Below, piece by piece: positions 52,767-60,997 of a stretch of DNA of 64,000 bases. Numbering within the stretch: position 1 is the stretch's first letter; every line of letters starts with the position of its first letter. This stretch comes from a phage, in the sequence record NC_129898.1; one strand, written 5' to 3'. The notes under the pieces were generated by a model that had not been told where the DNA came from, ran no database searches, and was given only the letters and a program-made list of their open reading frames with translations. A program made the translations under genes and the position numbers.

Positions 52767-53240
52767 ATGGAAACTCAAATTTTAACTCCTTATGCATATG
52801 ACCCTAAAAAGGTCAAACTGTATCTGATGCAGCAGCGTGTCACTGGCTTCGCTGCTGACACCAAGATCGTTGTTTCAAGAAACGAAGACAACATCTACCC
52901 TCACGTCGGTGTGGATGGTGAAATGTCTGCAGCTCTGTCTCGTAACCAATCTGGTGTTATGACTGTGTCCTTGCAGAACACTTCTGTATGGAACGCTTAC
53001 CTTTCTGACTGGCAGAAACAGGCATCTATTACTGGTCTGGTATTCTTCCCGGTTCTGCTGGAAGGTAGCCAAGGTCCTGGTATTTCTACAATCGGTTGGA
53101 TCCAGAAACAGCCTGACCTGACTTATGGAACCGAAGTAGGTCAACTGGACTGGGATATCGGTATTCTGGATGCATGGCTCAACCGTGACAACATCACTGG
53201 TGCTCTCACTGGCCTCGCAGGTCTTGCAGGTATTATCTAA
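52767..53240 (+). CDS. tail tube protein candidate
   Basis: 157 aa between sheath-sized and chaperone ORFs; followed by a strong terminator. Confidence 0.55.
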   Translation: METQILTPYAYDPKKVKLYLMQQRVTGFAADTKIVVSRNEDNIYPHVGVDGEMSAALSRNQSGVMTVSLQNTSVWNAYLSDWQKQASITGLVFFPVLLEGSQGPGISTIGWIQKQPDLTYGTEVGQLDWDIGILDAWLNRDNITGALTGLAGLAGII

Positions 53241-53258
53241 GGGCACACTTTAGCATAG

Positions 53259-53290
53259 GCCTCACCTTCGGGTGGGGCTTTTTGCTTTTA
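53259..53290 (+). terminator. intrinsic terminator
   Basis: GCCTCACC-TTCG-GGTGGGGC followed by TTTTTGCTTTTA. Confidence 0.8.
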
Positions 53291-53402
53291 TGGTTTTGAC
53301 ACACGCTCTTGAATTGCTTGAAAGGTTAAATTGACAATGCACCGTAATCATGGTAAAATACACAAATATGGTGCACAACATGACTAATAAGGATGCTATA
53401 AA

Positions 53403-53876
53403 ATGGCTATAAACTTTAGACCTACAACAGAGATTGATTTAGCAGGGCACAACTTTGTGATCACCCACTGGGGTCCGATGAAAGCAATGAAAAACATGCC
53501 TAAAATCGGTAAGATTGTGGCTGTCCCGCTAGGTGCTATCGGTGGATCTATTCTCTCAGGCGGTCAGAATATGGCAGAGGTCCTTCCTACAGCCCTGGCT
53601 TACCTGTTCCAAGAACTTGATGATAACTCTATTGAAGAGTTATTTAAAATCTTGTTCGAAGATATTACCGTGGATGGTGTGGATAAGCTTAACCCTGATG
53701 TTGTGTTTGCAGGGCATCTGCTGGAGATGATTAAGCTGGCAGGTAAGGTTCTGGAGGTTAACTACGGCTGTTTTTTCACACAAGACGGTTTAGGAAGCCT
53801 TCTGGAGATGTTACAGCAGATGGGTATGATTCAGCAGGTGAACAATCTGGATCAGACTCCGGAAGAGCAGGAATAA
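53403..53876 (+). CDS. tail assembly chaperone (gpG-like)
   Basis: 157 aa upstream of tape measure; contains in-frame slippery heptamer T TTT TTC at 53771-53777. Confidence 0.55.
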   Translation: MAINFRPTTEIDLAGHNFVITHWGPMKAMKNMPKIGKIVAVPLGAIGGSILSGGQNMAEVLPTALAYLFQELDDNSIEELFKILFEDITVDGVDKLNPDVVFAGHLLEMIKLAGKVLEVNYGCFFTQDGLGSLLEMLQQMGMIQQVNNLDQTPEEQE

Positions 53877-54136
53877 GCAAGGTTGTTGTGAGGGCCAGTG
53901 AGTGGGCAGCCAAGAACAGTTCACTCAACTGGTTCGACTTTCTTTGGTGCAGGGTGCTCAAGAATTTCAAAGGGGAAAATTTTGAATCGCTAAATCTTGC
54001 AGATATGGCGTATTTCCTGAAGCTCTGTGAGTATCTTGATATCGAAGAATTCCTAGATACCGTCCAAAACAGGGAAATGGAGCGGGAGCAGAAGGCTGCC
54101 GCAGCTGCTGCGAAAGCTAAACGCAGGAGAGGATAA
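53777..54136 (+). CDS. tail assembly chaperone -1 frameshift extension (gpGT-like)
   Basis: The -1 frame is open from the slippery site through 54136. Confidence 0.5.
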   Translation, partial: HTRRFRKPSGDVTADGYDSAGEQSGSDSGRAGISKVVVRASEWAAKNSSLNWFDFLWCRVLKNFKGENFESLNLADMAYFLKLCEYLDIEEFLDTVQNREMEREQKAAAAAAKAKRRRG

Positions 54137-54141
54137 TCTAA

Positions 54142-54180
54142 GGGCCGGATTCCTTTTCTGGGATCTGGCCCTTTTTATTA
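54142..54180 (+). terminator. intrinsic terminator
   Basis: GGGCCGGAT...ATCTGGCCC hairpin followed by TTTTTATTA. Confidence 0.7.
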
Positions 54181-54190
54181 TGAGGAAAGC

Positions 54191-56530
54191 ATGGCTACAA
54201 ACAAAATAGTTGCCACAACAGTCAACAAGATTGGCTTTGAGATAGAGAACTCCTCCTACAAAAAAGCTGTAGAGAAAATTCGCAGTATTGGGAGGGAGTT
54301 CAGGAAACTGGGCGAGGATTTTAACTCAGCCAACCCAATGAGTAGATGGCAGGCAGTGGCTGTTAAAACCCAGCAAACAATGCAGCGGGTTGCCAGACAG
54401 CAATCTCAGGCAAATGCTAAACTTCACAGGGAGAGCGTAGCACAAGCCAAGAAAGAGGCTGCAGTAAGGGCTGCAATAGAACGTAGGGAAAACGCAAGAC
54501 GTAAACAGGCTGTAGGTAATCTTACCGCTAAAAATCCAGAAATGGCCAGGATGCGTAAGTTCTACCAGCAGCAAGCTAAAGAGGCCAAAAAGGCTGCCAA
54601 ATCTACACCAGTGTCTTACGGCGGTTATAAGGCACCAAAGGCAAGAGTTTTGGCTAATGCCAAATCTTTCAAGTATATCCCAGGTAACCCTAATATGGGT
54701 GGTGTGGCTTCCGACCCTAACCTTGTGAAAGCTCAGACAGCCGCTATGAATCGTTATCATAGACAGCTAAGAAGAGACAGTAAAGCTGGTATGGATAATA
54801 AGCTTATGTCTGATCGTGAGGCAAGGAGAACCCACCTCTACAACTCTGCGATAAGACTTTCTGCCAAGTATGGGGCCGGATTCCGTGGAAGCTTGGCAGG
54901 ATACTCAGAGTTAGAGTCCAGGTTTGCTCGCGGGGAGATGAAAAAGTCAACCTTTAACGCCCACCTGTCAGCTCTGCAGTCTGGATTTAAAAGCGCCACC
55001 AGCCAAACGCTTACACTAGGTGATGCCATGAGGGACTTACGTAGGTCTGTTATTAATGCAACAGCTGCGTATACTGCTTTCTCTGGATTTACTGCTGTGA
55101 ACAGATCTGGTCACATGATGGAGGGGGCAAGTGCTGCTCTTACTGCTGTTACTGGAGATCCAAACAAAGCCAACAGTGAGGTTGCGTTTGTCCAGCAAGA
55201 GGCTATGCGTCTTGGTTTTGATCTCAAATCTGGTCTTCAAGGTTACGCCCAGATGGCGGTAAACGCCAAAAACCAGATGACAAATCAAGAGGTGCATGAG
55301 CTATTCTCTGCATACTCACAGTATGCTGCTGCTTACGGTGCCGATGAGGTAAAATACCAGCGTGGCATCATGGCAATCCAGCAAATGCTCGGTAAAGGAC
55401 AGGTAATGTCCGAAGAACTGAAGCAACAACTTGCTGAAGCATTGCCTGGTGCATACGAACCTTTTATCAAAGCCACCAAAGAGGCTTTTGGTCTTTCTGA
55501 ACTATCCATGGATCAGTTCATGGACATGATGAAGAAAGGTGAGGTTAAAACAGCCAAGATCATGAAGTATGTGGCTAAGTACATGAACGAGGCATCTGCA
55601 GCTGGTTATGAAAGAATGCAGAAGTCTAACGTACTGGCAGAAAACAGGCTGAAAACCTTCATCGAACTATCTCGTCAGAAGCTGTTCACCCGTTGGGCTG
55701 ATGAATTAACAGAGTTCTATTATACACTGATTCGCACAGGTGAGACTTTGCAATTTGTGTGGGATGCCTCTGGTGATTTTGTTAGCGGGTTTGTGAGAGG
55801 CCTCAACTGGGTAGTTGGTGAACTAAACAATACCATAGTCAAGATCCGCATGTTTTTCCTTGAATGGGGGATTAAATGGGGATTCATAACAGCTAAGACG
55901 AAGGAATATTCTGAAGAGCTTAATGACACCTTTAGCTATGCTAAATGGGCAGGGTTTGCTGCTGCCATCATGCTGGTAGTGAACGCCCTGACAAAAGGTT
56001 TTGTCATGGCATCTATGCTTGTAAAAACCTTCAAATTCCTTAGTTCTATAAGAGGCGCAGCTGGAGCAGCAGGTGCAGGTGCAGCTACCACAGAAGGATC
56101 TGGTGGTGGTGCGGCAGGAAAAGGGGGAGGTGGCCTCAAGACACCTGGCGGTAAAGTTGGCCTGCTTGGGAAGCTTGGTATTATCGGTACAATATTAAGT
56201 GCCGGGGAGTTATTTAATGACCGTTTCAACCCGCTGAGTGAGAGAAATCAGCAACTGGATACTATCAGCGATATGATTCGCAAAGATATCATATCGGGAG
56301 GTAACGGGTTTGTTGATCCTTTGGACACCTTACCGGGAGGGACTCTTCCGTTGCCGGGTGGTCCTGGTTTTGCTTCTCAATTAAGAACTATGGAAATGCT
56401 ACCTTTAGAGATCAGTGATGGCAAAATCACGATTTCAATAGATGAGGGGGAGTTTAGCAAAATACTTGATGCAAAACTTGAGTGGGAGAATAACAAAGAT
56501 ATTAACTTTATGTCAACAGATCTTTGGTAA
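54191..56530 (+). CDS. tail tape measure protein
   Basis: 779 aa, Ala/Gln/Lys-rich helical N-terminal half, hydrophobic segment and Gly-rich tract (GAAGAAGAGAATTEGSGGGAAGKGGGG); follows the chaperone pair. Confidence 0.75.
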   Translation: MATNKIVATTVNKIGFEIENSSYKKAVEKIRSIGREFRKLGEDFNSANPMSRWQAVAVKTQQTMQRVARQQSQANAKLHRESVAQAKKEAAVRAAIERRENARRKQAVGNLTAKNPEMARMRKFYQQQAKEAKKAAKSTPVSYGGYKAPKARVLANAKSFKYIPGNPNMGGVASDPNLVKAQTAAMNRYHRQLRRDSKAGMDNKLMSDREARRTHLYNSAIRLSAKYGAGFRGSLAGYSELESRFARGEMKKSTFNAHLSALQSGFKSATSQTLTLGDAMRDLRRSVINATAAYTAFSGFTAVNRSGHMMEGASAALTAVTGDPNKANSEVAFVQQEAMRLGFDLKSGLQGYAQMAVNAKNQMTNQEVHELFSAYSQYAAAYGADEVKYQRGIMAIQQMLGKGQVMSEELKQQLAEALPGAYEPFIKATKEAFGLSELSMDQFMDMMKKGEVKTAKIMKYVAKYMNEASAAGYERMQKSNVLAENRLKTFIELSRQKLFTRWADELTEFYYTLIRTGETLQFVWDASGDFVSGFVRGLNWVVGELNNTIVKIRMFFLEWGIKWGFITAKTKEYSEELNDTFSYAKWAGFAAAIMLVVNALTKGFVMASMLVKTFKFLSSIRGAAGAAGAGAATTEGSGGGAAGKGGGGLKTPGGKVGLLGKLGIIGTILSAGELFNDRFNPLSERNQQLDTISDMIRKDIISGGNGFVDPLDTLPGGTLPLPGGPGFASQLRTMEMLPLEISDGKITISIDEGEFSKILDAKLEWENNKDINFMSTDLW

Positions 56531-56543
56531 TAAACAGCACACA

Positions 56544-56569
56544 GGGGGCTCCGGCCCCCTTTATTTTAT
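56544..56569 (+). terminator. intrinsic terminator
   Basis: GGGGGC-TCCG-GCCCCC followed by TTTATTTTA. Confidence 0.8.
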
Positions 56570-56636
56570 CGGTGTTGTAAAAACGGCTATTTTATGATAC
56601 AATATTTAGATGGTATCGGAGTGTCCTGGAGAGGTT

Positions 56637-57521
56637 ATGCCAAGCAATATAGTTGATGAAAAAGACCTGTACAAGCCTCAAGAGGTTAAATCTCCAAAGG
56701 CTGAAAAGGCAGAACAGCAAACTGAAAGCGATGTAAAGTACACTATGTTTGTCAGCGGTCTTAACTATGGTGGTCGCAATACGGAGATGAAGGGTAAAAA
56801 CTTTACTAACGATCTTGCCATCATCTTCGATCAGATTGAGAACTACTCTTTCAAACATACTGTTGATAAGACTGATTTTGCGGTGGAAGATAAATCTACC
56901 CTGTCAGACCACGCTGTAATTAAAGATGGTGTATTTTCTTTTACTGGTAGGGTAAATACATCACCACATATAATCTATGAGCAAAACTACATTGACAGGA
57001 ATACTGACTCTAAAAACCCTGCAGCATCTATGCGACCGGGCGCTGCACTGGAGGCTTTGACTGAGATCATTAATAAGCGCCAGTTGGTTTCTTTGGTTAC
57101 CGAGGAAAGACTCCTTGAGAACTACATCATAACCAGCCTTTCTGCCAACAAGTCTGTTGGTGAAGGTGCTGCGATGGTGTTTGATGTAGAACTTACAGAG
57201 TTCCGCACATTCTACTTGAACAAGGTTGTTAATGCAACTGTATACAGCAACCCTAAGAAAGTAGGCAAGACCCAGCAAAAAGGTGCTGTCAACGACTGTA
57301 AGAATGGCAGTAACGTAGGTAACAAGAGGGACACAGGGGCATTTGCAGACACTGCCTCCACAAATGCCGCAGAAGAGTGGCAGCCATACAAATCTATGAT
57401 GTGGACGGATGAAAACGGTGTTACCCAATCCGCAGCAGATTGGTATTATCAGGAATATGGAAGACCTTCTACCATAGTCCCATCTGAGCAGGGAAACTAC
57501 AACAAAGTTAACGGAAAATAA
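56637..57521 (+). CDS. tail/baseplate protein candidate
   Basis: ATG 56637 with GGAGAGG RBS; first gene after tape measure. Confidence 0.5.
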   Translation: MPSNIVDEKDLYKPQEVKSPKAEKAEQQTESDVKYTMFVSGLNYGGRNTEMKGKNFTNDLAIIFDQIENYSFKHTVDKTDFAVEDKSTLSDHAVIKDGVFSFTGRVNTSPHIIYEQNYIDRNTDSKNPAASMRPGAALEALTEIINKRQLVSLVTEERLLENYIITSLSANKSVGEGAAMVFDVELTEFRTFYLNKVVNATVYSNPKKVGKTQQKGAVNDCKNGSNVGNKRDTGAFADTASTNAAEEWQPYKSMMWTDENGVTQSAADWYYQEYGRPSTIVPSEQGNYNKVNGK

Positions 57522-57533
57522 GGGGAGCGTGTA

Positions 57534-57914
57534 ATGGAACTTAAAGATTGGTGCATAATCACCTTTGTGTGGGACATTGACGGCTTTCCTGATCAAACCA
57601 TGCGTGTTGTTTTAGACAATGAGACGTATGAAATGCGTATGCAATGGAATGAGAGGGATGAGTCCTGGTGGTTATCTCTTGGTCCGGTAGGTGACAGCCC
57701 TTTAGTAACTAGAAAAGTAACAGCTTGTCAAGATATTCTAGACGGACTGCATTACAGAGACGATTTACCGAAAGGTAGATTGATGGTGCTGTCGTTTAAA
57801 GACGATCAATATTGGGGAAGGGTTGGAAGATACAACCTTGGAGCAAGGTCTGAGCTGCAACTTGTATACGGTACCCCAGTTGATCTTTACAAGGAACAGC
57901 AAGGGTTAGAATAA
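57534..57914 (+). CDS. tail/baseplate protein candidate
   Basis: 126-aa ORF. Confidence 0.5.
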   Translation: MELKDWCIITFVWDIDGFPDQTMRVVLDNETYEMRMQWNERDESWWLSLGPVGDSPLVTRKVTACQDILDGLHYRDDLPKGRLMVLSFKDDQYWGRVGRYNLGARSELQLVYGTPVDLYKEQQGLE

Positions 57915-58912
57915 TGGCAGAGTACAGACGTAGAACATGGCGACTGTTGTTTGGTCGTCCTGTAGAGCATGGCGGTAAATCAAAAACCAATATCCCAAAA
58001 TCTGTTGAAAAGAAAGGAGAGAGTGATTCCGGAGTTTATGAGATTAGTTCGGACACTGGTGCTGCCAATATAGAGTTTGACATACAAAAGGACAATACCA
58101 AAGAGCCAAACAAAGGCTATGTGACAGTTTACAACCTGTCTGACGATACAGTTAACTATCTAGATATGCATCAAGCTGATGCTCTTGCAGTTATGTTTGA
58201 GGCTGGCTATGATAATGAGAACCAGTTGATATTCTCTGGAACTGTAGAGTTTGTTGAGGACAGATGGGAAGGCCCGACCAGAAAAACTAAGTTCATCTTT
58301 GGGGATGGCACTGAGAACATCATTAAGTGCCAAAGCACAAGATCTTATCAGAAAGGTACACCTCTGAACTCTGTGCTTAATGACCTACTGAAGGATATGA
58401 ACTTGCCAAAAGGTAGGGTTGTTGGTTTTGGAAACCAGACTTTGCAATACTCTATGGCTTTCTCTGGAAACACTGCAGAGAACCTCCGCAGGTTTGCAAG
58501 GCTGACCAACTCGACGTTTAGCGTTCAGGATGGGGCTTTGTATTGGACCAAGGTTGGAAAAAGGTTCAAGGATTCTGTGTTTGAAATAAGTGCAGAATCT
58601 GGGATGCACGGATCACCTACTCCTAAAAACCCAGAACCTGCTAAAAAACGAAAAGCTAAAGCTGCTGCGAAAGGTGGCACAAGTAAGAAAAAGAAAAACC
58701 CGAGAGAGGATGTTGGTCTTACTGTAACCACATGTCTCAACGGAGCTATCCTCCCAGAGTCCACCATTTATCTTAAAAGCAGGCAGTACACAGGCTTCTA
58801 TAAGGTGATCACAGTGCATCATAAGGGCACCATAGAAGGTGGTGATTACACTACAGAGCTTGGCCTTGGGGAAACAGTGGGTGGAGTTGTTGACAAAACT
58901 GAGGAGGTATAA
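57914..58912 (+). CDS. baseplate protein candidate
   Basis: 332 aa; overlapping stop/start with neighbours. Confidence 0.45.
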   Translation: MAEYRRRTWRLLFGRPVEHGGKSKTNIPKSVEKKGESDSGVYEISSDTGAANIEFDIQKDNTKEPNKGYVTVYNLSDDTVNYLDMHQADALAVMFEAGYDNENQLIFSGTVEFVEDRWEGPTRKTKFIFGDGTENIIKCQSTRSYQKGTPLNSVLNDLLKDMNLPKGRVVGFGNQTLQYSMAFSGNTAENLRRFARLTNSTFSVQDGALYWTKVGKRFKDSVFEISAESGMHGSPTPKNPEPAKKRKAKAAAKGGTSKKKKNPREDVGLTVTTCLNGAILPESTIYLKSRQYTGFYKVITVHHKGTIEGGDYTTELGLGETVGGVVDKTEEV

Positions 58913-59589
58913 TGGCAATAAATAGGAAAGATGCTGCTGTAAGATCCTTTATAGAAAAAATAATGAGGGACTACCACACCAGTATCAGGGCCAGAGTTGT
59001 CAGTGTAGATTACAGTATCCCCTCCGCAGCAGTGCAGCCAATAGCTGAAACCACGTTTGATGACGGAGATGTTGAGAGATACCCTCTTATCTATGATGTG
59101 CCAATCCAGGTGATGTCTGCAAACAGTGGGAAGGCAAGGTTAACACTTCCTATTAAGGCTGGAGATGTTGTAGGATTGCAGTTTTCAGAGAGAAATGAAA
59201 ACAATAATGATGATCAACAAACTCACGGCCTGTTTCCAGGGTGGGCAATAACCTCTGTTCATTCAGACTCTAACGCTCTGCAGATCGATCCTGATAATGT
59301 AGAGTTATGGAATGATAGGGTTTATTTTAAGCTTACACCTTCTGGTGATTTTGAGCTTCAAACACCCGGTGGGACATTACGGTGCGACAGCAGCGGGGAG
59401 TTTTCTTTCACCAACGGAGCTGCCAATTTACGAGCTGCTGTGGACGGAAATATTAGAATGAATGGTGCCACAATAGACCCATCGGGCAGAATCATAACTG
59501 CTGCTGGTGTGGATTTGGACTCATTCTATGCAGAATATAAAGGTCATACCCACTCTTGCCCTGATGGTGAGACAAGTGGACCGCACTAA
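58912..59589 (+). CDS. baseplate protein candidate
   Basis: 225-aa ORF. Confidence 0.45.
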   Translation: MAINRKDAAVRSFIEKIMRDYHTSIRARVVSVDYSIPSAAVQPIAETTFDDGDVERYPLIYDVPIQVMSANSGKARLTLPIKAGDVVGLQFSERNENNNDDQQTHGLFPGWAITSVHSDSNALQIDPDNVELWNDRVYFKLTPSGDFELQTPGGTLRCDSSGEFSFTNGAANLRAAVDGNIRMNGATIDPSGRIITAAGVDLDSFYAEYKGHTHSCPDGETSGPH

Positions 59590-59601
59590 TAGAGGGCTTG
59601 C

Positions 59602-60318
59602 ATGGCTACGCTTTATAGTGATATATTGATGGACCCACAGACAGGCGATTTGGCGATAGACAAAGGTCTTAAGTTGATAGACTCGAACCAAGTAAGTCTG
59701 CGCCAGCGCCTGTGGATGAGGTTTAATACCTGGAAAGGGAGCTGGTACTTTGACGAATTGTTTGGCTTCCCTTATATGGACTTTCTTAGCAAGAAAGTCA
59801 TGAAGACTGTTCTTGATAACAAGATTATGGAAGTGGCAAGACAAGAGCCGGATGTGCTAAACATCATAAACTTCCAATCTACCATGGATCGAAGATCGAG
59901 AACATATCAAGCGTTCTTTGAGGTTGTTACCAAGGAGAACGAGATTGTAAGACTTGCTTTCGTAGGTCTTGATCAGTTTACCTATCCACAACCTGATTCT
60001 GGGACAACCTCTCTATGTGATGATGAAGGTTGGATTAAGTGGGCTAATAAACTGTATTACCTGATCAACTTCAGGTTGCCTAGAACCGGGGATGCCACAT
60101 GGTGGAACCAGTATGCTGGTCCTGAGATGGAAAACCCGATCCCTGTAGGATCTCTGTTGACTCAGGATAAAGATCTGCTGATGACCGAGGCAGAACAAAC
60201 CATTAACCGCAATACCTGGACGCTTGCTCCAGATGAGCGCGAATACTCTGGTGTTATTGCTACCTCTAATGATGAGGCTATTGCCAACCAGTCTGGTCGT
60301 GCTATTGATGTTAACTAA
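59602..60318 (+). CDS. baseplate protein candidate
   Basis: 238-aa ORF. Confidence 0.45.
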   Translation: MATLYSDILMDPQTGDLAIDKGLKLIDSNQVSLRQRLWMRFNTWKGSWYFDELFGFPYMDFLSKKVMKTVLDNKIMEVARQEPDVLNIINFQSTMDRRSRTYQAFFEVVTKENEIVRLAFVGLDQFTYPQPDSGTTSLCDDEGWIKWANKLYYLINFRLPRTGDATWWNQYAGPEMENPIPVGSLLTQDKDLLMTEAEQTINRNTWTLAPDEREYSGVIATSNDEAIANQSGRAIDVN

Positions 60319-60327
60319 GGAGAAATC

Positions 60328-60996
60328 ATGGCTGTAGCTTATCCTACAATACCAATTCCAGATCTTGAAGATGCAGAAACAGTCCTGAGTGATGACTTCT
60401 TGGTTGTCAATCAGACTGATGGGACAAGAAAGGCTAAGATTGACGATGTTGTCAACGATCTCAGCATTACCAAAATAGTCTATTTCACAGAGGGTGGTTA
60501 TCTTAAGAGCAAGAAGGACTTTGCTTATGACCCAGAGACCAAGCGCTACTACACGTGGAACGGGGATTATCCTAAAATAATCCTTCCAGACTCTACTGTA
60601 GAGGGTGCTGGAGGTGTGTCTGCAAAAGCCTGGTCTGTTTTTGGGGAGCTTGCTGCAACTTCTTCTGGCAGAATAGTTGATTACGGATCTATTGGTGGTC
60701 AGCTTGATATGGATCTTGAAGTTGCGGACACTTTTAAAGTTCGACTAACTTCAAATACCACAATCTCTTTTGAAAATCAAACAGAAGGCCTTGAAGGGGT
60801 GGCGAGAACTATAACCGTATGCATTACTCAGACCTCTGGAGGCAACAAAGTCTATTGGCCTGATAATGTTAAATGGGCATACGGAAGAGATCCTATCCTA
60901 ACATTTACAGCTGGTGCAACAGATATTTTCAAGTTAGAAACCTACGACAACGGGCTAACTTGGTACGGGGCACTGATTATAGCAGGAGCTATCTAA
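60328..60996 (+). CDS. fibre/adaptor protein sharing an N-terminal domain with the ORF at 63631
   Basis: N-terminal DDFLVVNQTDGTRKAKIDDVV ... FTEGGYL ... DFAY ... WNGDYP recurs in the ORF starting at 63631. Confidence 0.45.
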   Translation: MAVAYPTIPIPDLEDAETVLSDDFLVVNQTDGTRKAKIDDVVNDLSITKIVYFTEGGYLKSKKDFAYDPETKRYYTWNGDYPKIILPDSTVEGAGGVSAKAWSVFGELAATSSGRIVDYGSIGGQLDMDLEVADTFKVRLTSNTTISFENQTEGLEGVARTITVCITQTSGGNKVYWPDNVKWAYGRDPILTFTAGATDIFKLETYDNGLTWYGALIIAGAI

Positions 60997-60997
60997 G

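Noticed and set aside
56040-56170. Gly/Ala-rich tract in the tape measure protein as a tandem DNA repeat or collagen-like domain
   Set aside because: Low-complexity coding segment without exact nucleotide repeat units; common in tape measure proteins.
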